Numbered from the stretch's first letter, positions 51,512-62,033 are shown. The stretch: DNA of 64,000 bases from Pseudoprimorskyibacter sp. (GCA_029251265.1 JAQXDR010000070.1:11724-75723), one strand, 5' to 3'. Notes: generated by a model from the sequence alone, not told the origin. Numbers and translations: made by a program.

Positions 51512-52852
51512 TCAGCTTTCAAGAGCCCGACGCAGCATTTCAAGATCTTCTGCGATCAACGCGTCCTGCTTTCGCAGTTCGTCAATGCGGCGGACGCCAT
51601 GCATTACTGTGGTATGGTCACGTCCCCCAAAGCGTCGTCCGATTTCTGGCAACGACCGCGACGTCATTGATTTGCACAGCCACATAGCAACCTGCCTTGG
51701 CCTTGCAAGGCTGCGCAGGCGCCGTGGCCCAACAAGGTCGCTGATCCTGATATTGTAATGATCCGCGACTTTTCGTTGTATTTCTTCTATGGAAATTTTT
51801 TGTTGTGAGCTGCGCAGCACATCGGCGAGACAATCCTGAGTAAGCTCCATGCCGATAGGTTTGCCAACAAGTGAGGCAAAAGCGAATAACCGGTTCAAAG
51901 CACCTTCTAGAACCCGCACATTGGACGAGATGCGATGCGCGAGAAACTCAAGAATGCCGGCTTGAACCTCGAGATCAGGATACAGAGCGCGTTGCGCCTG
52001 AACTTTGGACTGCAAAACTCCTAGACGAAGTTCGTAATCGGTTGGATGCAAATCAACCACCAGACCACACTGCAGCCTGCTGCGAATTCTGTTTTCAAGG
52101 TCCTTGATTTCATCTGGTGCACGGTCTGCAGAAATGATGATTTGTTTGTTTTGTTCTACCAATGCATTGAACGTATGAAAAAATTCTTCCTGAGTACTTT
52201 CCTTGCCTGCGATAAACTGGACGTCGTCGACCATCAGAACATCGACCGCACGAAACAGTTCCTTAAAGTCCATCATCTTGCGATCTCGCAAGGCTTGTAC
52301 GAATCGGTACATAAACTGTTCGGCGGACAAATATAGCACGTTCAAGTTGGGCTGCCGGGCACGCAATTCCCAGCTGATGGCATGCATCAAATGCGTCTTT
52401 CCCAAGCCAACGCCGCCGTATAGGAACAATGGATTGAACGTTGCTGGGCCACCTTCTGCGACACGGCGCGCGGCTGCATGTGCCAATGCGTTGGGTTTTC
52501 CTACAACGAACGTATCGAAGGTAAAGCGCGCATCCAATGGTGCACTGACAAGTGTTTCTGACGCGTCCGGTTTTGGATTTGGCGTGACGTGTTCAGACGT
52601 GCTTGCACATTTAGACGCGACTTCGAACTTCAATCGTCGCACCCTTGGGTTTATTTTTGCCAGCCTTGTCAGAAGGATGTCGCCATAAGTCTTGGCAACG
52701 TAGTTGCCTGAAAACGCAGTTTTGGTCGTGATTACTGCGACTTCGTCCTCGATACGGGCAAAGTGCAAAGGGTCTATCCAGGCTTTGTAATTATTGTCAC
52801 CAACCGAGCCTCGAATATCAGCCTTGAGAGCCTGCCACCCTGCATCTGTCAT
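51512..52852 (-). CDS. dnaA: chromosomal replication initiator protein DnaA
   Basis: AAA+ core (GGVGLGKTHLMHA; VDDVQF) and C-terminal DNA-binding domain (DHTTVMH). Start trimmed to MTDAGWQALKADIRGSVGDNNYKAWI by analogy with other alphaproteobacterial DnaA proteins. An ATG at 52873 is the alternative. Confidence 0.9.
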   Translation of the reverse strand: MTDAGWQALKADIRGSVGDNNYKAWIDPLHFARIEDEVAVITTKTAFSGNYVAKTYGDILLTRLAKINPRVRRLKFEVASKCASTSEHVTPNPKPDASETLVSAPLDARFTFDTFVVGKPNALAHAAARRVAEGGPATFNPLFLYGGVGLGKTHLMHAISWELRARQPNLNVLYLSAEQFMYRFVQALRDRKMMDFKELFRAVDVLMVDDVQFIAGKESTQEEFFHTFNALVEQNKQIIISADRAPDEIKDLENRIRSRLQCGLVVDLHPTDYELRLGVLQSKVQAQRALYPDLEVQAGILEFLAHRISSNVRVLEGALNRLFAFASLVGKPIGMELTQDCLADVLRSSQQKISIEEIQRKVADHYNIRISDLVGPRRLRSLARPRQVAMWLCKSMTSRSLPEIGRRFGGRDHTTVMHGVRRIDELRKQDALIAEDLEMLRRALES

Positions 52853-53346
52853 TCCTGAATGTCCCTCTACCATTTTGGTCCCAACCAAAAATTGTCCAAC
52901 GACCTTTGGACGTGTTATTTTTTTTAAGCTGTTCACCAACCAAGCAGGATACCCAATCCCCACACCCATAAACGGGTAACGGAAATCTGCGCCATGTTTT
53001 GGCGCCGATATCGACATGCTGTACGACCGACCCCACTCGGTCGCAGCCATCATCGATTAAGGCTCTTTTCAGAAACGTATCGTGTGAGTGATTTCGCCAA
53101 CTGTGCTGGCGACATGTCCCCACCTCGTTCAAGCGGCAAAGCGACCCATTCATATGGATATATCCGCCCATCCTCAGCTTAAACGATCTCCGATGCCCAG
53201 TTTCCCCCAAGGCTAAGTGACTCGCATCTTGTTCCTAGCAAGTTGGACGGCATGGCGGCAATGAAACTTCGACCTTGACTCTGTTCAGAACCGTAAAGAA
53301 TCTCTGAACCCCTTGGTAGAAAAGAAAAAAACTTTTGTTATAAACG

Positions 53347-53380
53347 AAAAAGGGGCACCATGCTACATGATGCCCCTTTA
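53347..53380 (-). terminator. intrinsic terminator of rpsT
   Basis: Minus strand reads AAAGGGGCA-CATGTAGCATGG-TGCCCCTTT followed by TTTCGTTT. Confidence 0.6.
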
Positions 53381-53408
53381 TGGTGTCACACCACAAAATG
53401 TAGATTGA

Positions 53409-53672
53409 TCAACCCATCGCTTTGACGCGCGCCGCGAGACGGGACACTTTACGTGAGGCTGTGTTTTTGTGGAAAACGCCCTTCGTGACGCCCCGCATAA
53501 GTTCTGGTTGTGCTTCGCGCAACGCGGCGGCCGCTACGGTTTGATCTCCCGATGCAATGGCCTCTTCTACTTTGCGCAGAAACGTCCTGATACGGGAACG
53601 ACGTGCCTTGTTGACTGCCAGACGATTTTCATTCTGACGCGCGCGTTTTTTTGCCTGAGGTGAATTTGCCAT
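53409..53672 (-). CDS. rpsT: 30S ribosomal protein S20
   Basis: 87 aa with N-terminus [15 protein letters not shown]. Confidence 0.95.
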   Translation of the reverse strand: MANSPQAKKRARQNENRLAVNKARRSRIRTFLRKVEEAIASGDQTVAAAALREAQPELMRGVTKGVFHKNTASRKVSRLAARVKAMG

Positions 53673-53808
53673 TCGAGGTGTCCTTTGTTTAAACAGTAAA
53701 GCGCAATCTCGCTTGACCGAAACCGATCAGACCAACCTCATGCCAAGCGGGCAACACGCGCATTTGCTGACCGGATAACAGAATCATTACGTGGGTGCAA
53801 AGTGTTTC

Positions 53809-54585
53809 TTATCGATCTCGAAACTGTGCGCTGCGTTTTTCCTGAAAGGCTGCCATGCCCTCGGTTTGGTCTTCTGTTGCAAACAGCGATTGGAACAAAC
53901 GACGCTCGTACAAAATACCCTCGCTTAGCGTGGTCTCGTAAGATCTGTTGACAGCCTCTTTCGCGGCGATAGCGGCGATCATAGACTTTTCAGCAATCTT
54001 TGAAGCGGCGGAATGGGCTTCGTCCATGAGTTGTTTTGCGGGTACAACGCGACTGACAAGTCCGGCGCGTTCAGCCTCTTTTGCATCCATGAAACGCCCG
54101 GTCAGATGCATATCCATAGATTTTGATTTCCCAACAAACTTGGTGAGACGTTGTGTGCCACCCAAACCTGCTATCACACCCAAGTTGATTTCTGGCTGGC
54201 CAAATTTGGCCGTGTCAGAGGCAATGATGAAATCACACATCATTGCCAGTTCGCAGCCACCGCCCAAAGCATACCCCGACACTGCAGCTATCACCGGTTT
54301 TCGCGTGGCAGTAATTGCGGCATGGTGGTCGCCGAAATAATCGGACAAGAACACCTCTACGAAACTTTTTTCCGACATCTCTTTGATATCGGCACCCGCA
54401 GCAAAGGCCTTTGCAGACCCCGTGATGATAATACATCGCACTTTGTCATTTGAATCTGCTGCGTGCAGAGCTTGGCCAAGTTCGGTCAAAAGCTCTGCGT
54501 TCAGCGCATTCAAGGCCTCGGGGCGATTAAGTTTGATGGTCGCGATGCTGTCGGCAATGTCGACTATAAGCGTCTCGTAGGCCAT
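53809..54585 (-). CDS. enoyl-CoA hydratase (crotonase family)
   Basis: 258 aa with the [11 protein letters not shown] oxyanion-hole/catalytic region. Confidence 0.9.
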   Translation of the reverse strand: MAYETLIVDIADSIATIKLNRPEALNALNAELLTELGQALHAADSNDKVRCIIITGSAKAFAAGADIKEMSEKSFVEVFLSDYFGDHHAAITATRKPVIAAVSGYALGGGCELAMMCDFIIASDTAKFGQPEINLGVIAGLGGTQRLTKFVGKSKSMDMHLTGRFMDAKEAERAGLVSRVVPAKQLMDEAHSAASKIAEKSMIAAIAAKEAVNRSYETTLSEGILYERRLFQSLFATEDQTEGMAAFQEKRSAQFRDR

Positions 54586-54649
54586 ACGGCAGGCTCCGGT
54601 CCGTTTCTATCAAAGCCTAGTGATTACCAAGTTATCGGGACGGTTCAAG

Positions 54650-55501
54650 CTATCTTTGACACAAAGGGCAATAGAAGGACGACCGTCCTGATTGCACTAT
54701 GCGGCGAATGGGCTCTGCGCAGTCATGGCTTCGACAGGGATCGCCCGCTCGACCATAGACGTCGAATGCATGTTGGAAATAGCCAAGTTCGCCATCGGCA
54801 CGGCGATAATCGCGCAAAGACGACCCGCCCGCCGCGATGGCCTCGGTCAACACGTCACGGATATGGTTTGTCAGGTGTGAAATCCGAGCAGCCCCAATGC
54901 GCCCTGCGGCACGGGCCGGGTGTATGCCAGCACGGTAAAGGCTTTCGCACACATAGATATTTCCAAGTCCTGCGACAATTCTCTGGTCTAAAAGAGCCGC
55001 CTTGATCGCGGATTTTCGCCCGCGTAACGCTTCGGCAAGATACTCTGGGTGAAAGGAATTCCCCAAAGGCTCTGGGCCGATTTTCGACAACAACGGATGT
55101 GCGTTTGCGGTGGCTGTGTTCAGGAGATCCATTGCCCCGAATCTGCGAGGGTCGTTGAATGTAACACGGGCGCCCGACGCCATAGTCAGAACAACATGGT
55201 CATGTTTTTCGGGTGCGGGATGATCATGCACAAATTTACCCAATGGATCGCCAGAGACGACCATTCGTCCCGACATACCAAGATGAATTAAAAGCGACTC
55301 ACCTGATTCCATGTCTGCGATCATATATTTTGACCTTCGCCATAACCGTAAGATCTGCTGTCCGGTCAGTCTTTCTGCCATACGGTTGGGAAAGGGCCAG
55401 CGTAAATCAGGGCGATTGATTTGCGCTTCAGTGATGATCTGGCCCTCCATCACGGGGGCAAGTCCTCGGCGCACAGTTTCAACCTCGGGTAACTCTGGCA
55501 T
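54650..55501 (-). CDS. mutM: formamidopyrimidine-DNA glycosylase
   Basis: Start trimmed to [15 protein letters not shown]-terminal zinc finger CxxC...CPLCQ is present. Confidence 0.9.
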   Translation of the reverse strand: MPELPEVETVRRGLAPVMEGQIITEAQINRPDLRWPFPNRMAERLTGQQILRLWRRSKYMIADMESGESLLIHLGMSGRMVVSGDPLGKFVHDHPAPEKHDHVVLTMASGARVTFNDPRRFGAMDLLNTATANAHPLLSKIGPEPLGNSFHPEYLAEALRGRKSAIKAALLDQRIVAGLGNIYVCESLYRAGIHPARAAGRIGAARISHLTNHIRDVLTEAIAAGGSSLRDYRRADGELGYFQHAFDVYGRAGDPCRSHDCAEPIRRIVQSGRSSFYCPLCQR

Positions 55502-55880
55502 TAAAACTCTCTTTTCGGACCAGTTGACCACCGCGGTCTTTCCTGACAACAGATCTAACATATCAGAAAATGCGTGGCGTATGCTACAGGTGGCTTTCAT
55601 CGCCAAAATGCCAAGGGATACCGTTCAAATTAAGTAACTGGTGGAACGTCAAAAGCCAGCCGAATCGTATTGGGCAATTTGCGTAACGCTGTTAGCCTTA
55701 AGTTTGCCGAAACAAGCGGGTTGTGCTTCGTTGTAGGGTACGCCTCGCGTTAGACTGGCGCTTTGCCCTGGTAAAGGATTGCTTTGCGTTGCATTTTCAG
55801 CTGTTCCGCGCGGTTTTGGCCATTTGTTTCAAGTGTGAACAGTCTATATCTACTCACAAAGGTTGAACAAGGCGCCCGTC

Positions 55881-56633
55881 ATGACAGATGACCGTGAACA
55901 GACGACACATTTTGGCTTTGCCGAAGTACCCGAGGCAGAAAAGGCAGGGCGGGTACAGGGTGTTTTCAACTCTGTCGCCAGTAAATACGACGTCATGAAC
56001 GATGCCATGTCTTTCGGCATCCATCGTGTTTGGAAAGATGCAATGATGGATTGGCTGGCACCGCGTCCGCAGACACGGTTGCTAGATGTTGCAGGTGGTA
56101 CCGGTGATATTGCGTTTCGTTATCTTAAACGCGCAGGACAGGCCGAGGCGGTGGTTCTGGATCTGACTGAACCGATGTTGATCGAAGGTCGTAAAAGAGC
56201 CGAAGCAGAGGCGCTGTCCGACAGTCTTGACTGGATTGTTGGCGATGCAATGCAGCTTCCTTTTGCCGACAATAGTTTCGACACATATACGATTTCTTTC
56301 GGCATCCGAAATGTCACACGCCCCCAAGAGGCTCTAGACGAGGCATACCGTGTTTTGCGACCCGGGGGTCGGTTAATGGTTCTTGAATTCAGTCATATCC
56401 CGAACCATCTTATGCAGCGCGCGTATGATCTTTACAGCTTCAATATTATTCCACGGATGGGGCAGGCAATTGCCGGGGATCGCGACAGCTACCAGTATCT
56501 GGTGGAATCCATACGTAATTTTCCAGACCAAGAGAGCTTCCTGATGATGGTGAAGCAAGCAGGTTTTGAAAATGCCAAGTACCGCAATCTGACCATGGGT
56601 GTAGCGTGTCTTCACTCAGGTTGGAAACTCTGA
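55881..56633 (+). CDS. ubiE: ubiquinone/menaquinone biosynthesis C-methyltransferase UbiE
   Basis: SAM motif [13 protein letters not shown] and the THFGF N-terminal motif. The first ATG is at 55881. Confidence 0.9.
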   Translation: MTDDREQTTHFGFAEVPEAEKAGRVQGVFNSVASKYDVMNDAMSFGIHRVWKDAMMDWLAPRPQTRLLDVAGGTGDIAFRYLKRAGQAEAVVLDLTEPMLIEGRKRAEAEALSDSLDWIVGDAMQLPFADNSFDTYTISFGIRNVTRPQEALDEAYRVLRPGGRLMVLEFSHIPNHLMQRAYDLYSFNIIPRMGQAIAGDRDSYQYLVESIRNFPDQESFLMMVKQAGFENAKYRNLTMGVACLHSGWKL

Positions 56634-56634
56634 G

Positions 56635-58152
56635 GTGCGTGGGCCGCACAATATTGTTTCGCTTTTGCGAACAGCCGCCACTTTGGATCGAACGGGCGCA
56701 TTGGACCAACTGCTTGATGCGTTCAACGCGCCACGGTCTTTGGCAATAGCGACAAAAGCATTGGCAGGACCGTTTAGGTGGCTGGGCCGCGCGGGTGATC
56801 CAAACTTGCCGCCAGTAGCACGCGCTATTCAGGCAATGGGTCCTGCCTATATCAAGTTTGGGCAGGTCCTTTCTACGCGTCCGGATGTGGTTGGACCTAA
56901 TCTCACGCAGCAATTGCGGCTTTTGCAGGATAAACTTCCGCCATTTTCGGTAGATGAAGCGAAAGCTTCTATTTCTGCTGACCTTCACGTCGATGTGGAC
57001 ACCGTTTTCGCGGACTTCAGTGATCCTGTGGCTGCTGCATCAATCGCACAGGTCCATCAGGCCAAGTTGCTGGACACCGATGAAACTGTTGCAATCAAAG
57101 TGCTGCGTCCCGGAATCGAACGTGCATTTCGCAAAGATGTGGACGGGTTTTATTTCATAGCCCGTTTTGTTCAGACGTTTGCACCAAGTGCACGTCGCCT
57201 TCGCCCTATGGAAGTTATTGAACATTTCGAAGGGGTCGTGAACGGAGAGCTTGATTTGCGGCTTGAGGCCGCATCAGCGAGCCAGTTTGCCGCCAATACC
57301 GAAAGTGACGAGGGCTTTATCTTGCCGCGGGTCAAATGGGGTCTGTCCGGTCGGCGCGTTATGACGATGGAATGGGCTGAGGGTTTGCCATTGGGTGATA
57401 ACGATGCCTTGGATGCGGCAGGGCATGATCGCGTCGCATTATCTGAACGGGTCTTGCAACTGTTTTTGCGCCATGCCTTGCGTGATGGTTTTTTTCATGC
57501 AGACATGCATCAAGGCAACCTGAAAGTATCTGCGTCTGGTGATATTATCGCCTATGATTTTGGTATCATGGGACATATCGATGAATATACACGCAGAGTT
57601 TATGCACAGATCTTGTATGGTTTTATCCGTCGGGACTACCGACGCGTGGCAGAAGTACACTTTGAGGCAGGCTATGTGTCTGCAGATCACGATGTCGAAG
57701 AGTTTGCACGCGCCTTGCGCGCGGTTGGAGAGCCCATATTCGGCATGGATGCCAGCCAGATATCCATGGGGCGATTGTTGAATTATTTGTTCGATGTCAC
57801 TGAGCGTTTTGGGATGCAGACCCGTACAGAGTTGATTTTGTTGCAACGTACGATGGTTGTGGTTGAAGGGGTTGCGCGGTCATTGAACCCCCACATGAAC
57901 ATCTGGACCGTAGCCCAGCCCATTGTTGAGGGCTACATTAAGAGTTCGATCGGACCTCAAGCTGTTTTGCGCGACCTTGGGCGCACAATTCAGGTGTTGT
58001 CGCGGTTCGGCCCGCGTCTTCCTGGGTTGGTCGAATCCGCACTCATCCAGCAAGCCGAACCAGCAAGTCGAAACAAGCGGCCATGGCTTTTGTTGATTGT
58101 TTTGGCCGGACTAGGAATGTTTTTTGGTTTTGGCGTTGGAATTTTTTTCTAA
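56635..58152 (+). CDS. ubiB: ubiquinone biosynthesis protein kinase-like UbiB (ABC1 family)
   Basis: 505 aa with an ABC1 atypical kinase core (AAASIAQVH; HADMHQGN) and a C-terminal transmembrane segment. It is 1 nt after ubiE. Confidence 0.9.
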   Translation: MRGPHNIVSLLRTAATLDRTGALDQLLDAFNAPRSLAIATKALAGPFRWLGRAGDPNLPPVARAIQAMGPAYIKFGQVLSTRPDVVGPNLTQQLRLLQDKLPPFSVDEAKASISADLHVDVDTVFADFSDPVAAASIAQVHQAKLLDTDETVAIKVLRPGIERAFRKDVDGFYFIARFVQTFAPSARRLRPMEVIEHFEGVVNGELDLRLEAASASQFAANTESDEGFILPRVKWGLSGRRVMTMEWAEGLPLGDNDALDAAGHDRVALSERVLQLFLRHALRDGFFHADMHQGNLKVSASGDIIAYDFGIMGHIDEYTRRVYAQILYGFIRRDYRRVAEVHFEAGYVSADHDVEEFARALRAVGEPIFGMDASQISMGRLLNYLFDVTERFGMQTRTELILLQRTMVVVEGVARSLNPHMNIWTVAQPIVEGYIKSSIGPQAVLRDLGRTIQVLSRFGPRLPGLVESALIQQAEPASRNKRPWLLLIVLAGLGMFFGFGVGIFF

Positions 58153-58222
58153 ACACCTGTTGCGCACCATTCGTTAAGTCTTTTGTGCCAAATCTGCATG
58201 CGGTTTGTGGATGGAGGTATGA

Positions 58223-59089
58223 GTGCTCGGGCTGATTGGCATCGCAGTGGTTATAGTCATGGTTTTTGGCGGTTACCTAGCAGCCGGCGGAAAAATGGGT
58301 ATCATTCTCAAATCGCTTCCATTTGAGATGATGATGATAGGCGGCGCTGCAGTGGGTGCTTTCATCATTTCCAACGACGGGGCTGCCGCTAAACATACAG
58401 TCATTGACATTGGAAAGGTTTTTAAAGGCCCGAAATGGAAGGGTCCTGATTATCAAAATCTTTTATGTCTTTTGTTTGAATTGCTTAAGGTCGCAAAGTC
58501 GAGTCCAGTCGTACTTGAAGAACACATCGAAAATCCGGAAGACAGCGCGATTTTCAAAAAATACCCCAAAATATTGAAAGACCGAAACTCTATAGAATTA
58601 ATTTGTGATACTCTCCGGTCTGCGTCGATGAATTACGATGACCCCCATCAGGTTGAAGAAGTTTTAGAAAAGCGTTTGGAATCCAATTTGCATCACTCGA
58701 TGCACTCTAGTCATGCGTTACAAACTGTTGCTGACGGCCTTCCTGCGCTTGGTATTGTTGCGGCGGTTTTAGGTGTTATCAAAACGATGGGGTCTATTGA
58801 CCAACCACCGGAGGTTCTTGGAAGACTAATTGGCGGTGCTTTGGTTGGCACTTTTCTGGGTGTCTTTCTTGCTTATGGGCTGGTTGGTCCATTTGCATCC
58901 AAGCTAAAGGCCGTTACAGAGGACGAAGCCGCTTTTTATAACATGATCAGAGATGTGATAATCGCGTCTTTGTTTAATCACGGTGTGAATATCTGTATAG
59001 AAGTCGGACGGCAAAGTGCGCCATCACACTACCGACCAAACTACGAAACCCTAGAGGCTGCCTTGCGAGAGGTGAAGTCAGGCAGATGA
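58223..59089 (+). CDS. motA: flagellar motor stator protein MotA
   Basis: 288 aa with four transmembrane helices, a large cytoplasmic loop and the conserved C-terminal region ALVGTFLGVFLAYG. GTG start 5 nt after GGAGG. Confidence 0.85.
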   Translation: MLGLIGIAVVIVMVFGGYLAAGGKMGIILKSLPFEMMMIGGAAVGAFIISNDGAAAKHTVIDIGKVFKGPKWKGPDYQNLLCLLFELLKVAKSSPVVLEEHIENPEDSAIFKKYPKILKDRNSIELICDTLRSASMNYDDPHQVEEVLEKRLESNLHHSMHSSHALQTVADGLPALGIVAAVLGVIKTMGSIDQPPEVLGRLIGGALVGTFLGVFLAYGLVGPFASKLKAVTEDEAAFYNMIRDVIIASLFNHGVNICIEVGRQSAPSHYRPNYETLEAALREVKSGR

Positions 59090-60687
59090 TCTGGCGCATA
59101 CTGATCCTGATCGTATTTACGGTTTGGCCCAGTTTGCCCTTTGCCGCACCTATTCTTGTGCGTTCTGGCGAGCATAGTGGCTTTACCCGGTTGGTTTTTT
59201 ATCTGAATGCTTTGCAGGATTGGCGTGTTACACAGGATGGCTTTTCTGTGACTGTTGTTGCCGTCGGAGCAGCCGATGGTTTCCAAACGGATGAACTTTA
59301 TGACAGGATTGGAAGAACGCGTCTTCTTGCTTTAACGGAAAAAACAACTGACACAGCGCAGTTGGATCTGGCGTGTGATTGTATCGTGGAAACGCTCTTG
59401 CTGCGTGGGCGATTACTTGTTGTCGATATTCGGGCCCGTCGAGAGAATGAATCCATTCCTACGGCGTCTGATTTACAGGTTGAGCAGGAGAGTTTTTTCC
59501 CAGATGGAGAGCAAACGAAACTTCTACCAAAACCTACGATAACGCTTCCATTGCGAACATCAGTCGTTTCTACGAATCTCATTGTGCGGATGATGCAGGA
59601 TGAATTTGGCTCAGCAATAGTATCAGGGCTGATATCGGCGGATGATCAGATTCGAGTAGACCGCAGCAACCTCGCGTTTCCCGAGATTGCTGATCCAGAG
59701 GAAATTATACCTGAAGATCTGGAAACTAAGAACAGGTACTGTCCGATCGGATTAAATGAGGTGACCCGCCTTTGGCGTGGTGACGGGCTATTTAATAAAA
59801 AATTATCGTCTATCAGGCAAAAAATGCACAATACTGCCGGACGTGAAAACGAAGGTGCGCGCTTAGAGCTTGCCCGTTTTCTTGTCTCTAATGGTGTAGG
59901 AATTGAAGTGTTAGACTTGCTTCGCGATGATTCGTCTGAAGAGGCAGGTCTGGTTCGATCGATGGCCCAACTTCTGGATCGACCACGGCACGTTGTAAAC
60001 GACGCTTTTCAATATTGCTCAGGTCTCGAAATTTGGGAAATTATTCGGCTGTCGCGCCAGGGAAAAAAAGGCACATCAATTTATGATAATGAAACGCTTG
60101 TTATCGGATTTCGAGGATTGTCGCGACCTTTACAAGCATTGTTCGAGGCGGAACTTCTAGCGTATCTTTCTGATAATGGTTTTGAGCAAGCGAGCGCGGC
60201 CATTCAGGCGTTTCGGGAAAGAACGCAAGCGAAATCAGGTCATATGATCTTGGTTGATGGACGAGCTGTTCCTCTGCCAAAGCAAATTGATGAGATTTCA
60301 ATTTTAGAAAATATTTTGGAGCAATTTGGGACTCTTGAAGGAGCTCGCGCTGCAACGCCACAGCAAGCCGCAATGATACCTACCTTTCAATACGAGTTTC
60401 AGAACACATCATGGTCCCCTGATCTGTGGCAGGCAGATTTACGACTTAATTTGGTATCAAGTGATTTTGACAGGGCATTAATTCTTACTCGTGAGGGACG
60501 GTTGAAGTATCCTGCTAAGTTTGAACAGGCATACCCGGAAATGCTGCGGTATGTTACAGATAACAGTGACGACATATCATTTCTGAAAATTGCAATGTCG
60601 ATCGGTGCGGGTGAGGCGGGATTACCAGTGCCATCAGCTGGTGTGGCGAATCATGTGGAAGCGCGCCTAAGTAAGCTCGGTTTTTGA
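59086..60687 (+). CDS. secreted protein of unknown function, translationally coupled to motA
   Basis: 533 aa. ATGA overlap with the motA stop codon. Signal peptide MIWRILILIVFTVWPSLPFAAP. The N-terminal beta-rich segment is AMIN-like (VRSGEHSGFTRLVFYL ... LLVVDI) and the C-terminal two-thirds look helical. No OmpA/MotB peptidoglycan-binding motif was recognised. Confidence 0.7.
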   Translation: MIWRILILIVFTVWPSLPFAAPILVRSGEHSGFTRLVFYLNALQDWRVTQDGFSVTVVAVGAADGFQTDELYDRIGRTRLLALTEKTTDTAQLDLACDCIVETLLLRGRLLVVDIRARRENESIPTASDLQVEQESFFPDGEQTKLLPKPTITLPLRTSVVSTNLIVRMMQDEFGSAIVSGLISADDQIRVDRSNLAFPEIADPEEIIPEDLETKNRYCPIGLNEVTRLWRGDGLFNKKLSSIRQKMHNTAGRENEGARLELARFLVSNGVGIEVLDLLRDDSSEEAGLVRSMAQLLDRPRHVVNDAFQYCSGLEIWEIIRLSRQGKKGTSIYDNETLVIGFRGLSRPLQALFEAELLAYLSDNGFEQASAAIQAFRERTQAKSGHMILVDGRAVPLPKQIDEISILENILEQFGTLEGARAATPQQAAMIPTFQYEFQNTSWSPDLWQADLRLNLVSSDFDRALILTREGRLKYPAKFEQAYPEMLRYVTDNSDDISFLKIAMSIGAGEAGLPVPSAGVANHVEARLSKLGF

Positions 60688-60707
60688 AATGGGGACACAC
60701 CCCATTT
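60687..60707 (+). terminator. hairpin at the end of the motA operon
   Basis: AAATGGGG-ACACA-CCCCATTT starts at the stop codon. There is no clear U-run, so its function as a terminator is uncertain. Confidence 0.4.
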
Positions 60708-61154
60708 GGTTGGCATTGGGTCACACCCATAACGTTGTGACATTGACTTATGACTAGCCCGTTTTCAATAATGACTCTCTGATAGACGAATAGCATTTTT
60801 GGAATGTTTCGGTAACTTTAAAAATATAGTTTCGCACCTGCTTAATTGCGCAGAGCCCCTTAAAAACTGGGTATGCAAATGCAACCTAAAACGACACCTG
60901 TCGTACATAACTAACAGCGCATTGTGCTTTGAAATCACCGCCTGCGAAACCAATAAACATAAAAAATTACGTCACAGATGAGTCTTAATTGGAATAATTA
61001 AAAGTATTTATTAACAAGCATTTAAAAAATATTTTCGCCTTCTTTGTGTCGGGTTGAAGGCTTCTGTCCGGATTAATTTCACGTGAAATGTGAACCAATG
61101 CAGGTTTGCTTCCGTATCATTATAAAACCAGATAAGACAGCGAGGACACATATT

Positions 61155-62033
61155 ATGGCGTTTGATGGTGTAAGTGATCAGACAATGTCGCGTAAGGCAA
61201 TGAAGGCCGAACTGTTAGATGCCGAGACAGAACTGCGGCTGGCATATGCTTGGCGTGACGAACGTGATGAAGCAGCACTTCATCGGTTAATCACCGCTTA
61301 CATGCGATTGGCGATTTCCATGGCGTCGAAATTTCGTAGGTATGGCGCGCCGATGAACGACCTGATCCAAGAGGCTGGGTTGGGTTTGATGAAAGCGGCC
61401 GACAAGTTCGACCCAGATCGCGGTGTTAGATTTTCTACCTATGCTGTTTGGTGGATCCGTGCATCCATCCAAGATTACGTAATGCGCAATTGGTCGATGG
61501 TTCGAACAGGATCGACCTCAAGTCAGAAATCGCTGTTTTTCAACATGCGTCGCGTTCAAGCGCGCTTGGAAAGGGAGGCAGCGTCGCGCGGAGAGACTTT
61601 AGACAAGCACGCTTTGCGGGGCATGATTTCTAAAGAAATAGGTGTGCCTCTTCATGATGTCGAGATGATGGAAGGGCGTTTGTCTGGTTCAGATTTTTCT
61701 TTGAATGCGACCCAATCTGTTGATGATGAGGGGCGCGAGTGGATAGATTCGCTAGAAGACGATAGTGCTCAGGCCGCCGAAACAGTCGAAAATGCACTGG
61801 ATACTGAACAACTGCGTGAATGGCTATTGACTGCAATGAACTCCTTGAATGAACGCGAGCGGTTTATCATTCGTGAGCGCAAACTTCGTGACGAAGCACG
61901 TACGTTGGAAAGCTTGGGCCAAGAGCTTGGTCTATCGAAGGAACGTGTGCGCCAACTTGAAGCAGCAGCGTTTACAAAAATGCGAAAATCACTTGAAAAA
62001 CAGTCCTCTGAGGTCCAAACATTCCTGATATGA
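61155..62033 (+). CDS. rpoH: RNA polymerase sigma-32 factor RpoH
   Basis: Sigma-70 regions 2-4 (DLIQEAGLGLMKAADKFDP, YAVWWIRA) and an RpoH box (QKSLFFNMRR). Start trimmed to MAFDGVS after a GAGGAC RBS. Confidence 0.9.
   Translation: MAFDGVSDQTMSRKAMKAELLDAETELRLAYAWRDERDEAALHRLITAYMRLAISMASKFRRYGAPMNDLIQEAGLGLMKAADKFDPDRGVRFSTYAVWWIRASIQDYVMRNWSMVRTGSTSSQKSLFFNMRRVQARLEREAASRGETLDKHALRGMISKEIGVPLHDVEMMEGRLSGSDFSLNATQSVDDEGREWIDSLEDDSAQAAETVENALDTEQLREWLLTAMNSLNERERFIIRERKLRDEARTLESLGQELGLSKERVRQLEAAAFTKMRKSLEKQSSEVQTFLI

Noticed and set aside
52853-53053. Long N-terminal extensions in the ORF track for dnaA, and likewise for metZ, argD, accA, mutM, the ubiH-family gene, the SDR, the GntR regulator, the epimerase, rpoH, lolA, the TIGR02300 gene and the aminotransferase at 44372.
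   Set aside because: The conserved family N-termini begin at internal ATGs, several preceded by good Shine-Dalgarno sequences. Several extended starts are non-ATG codons, and the metZ extension would overlap the riboswitch.
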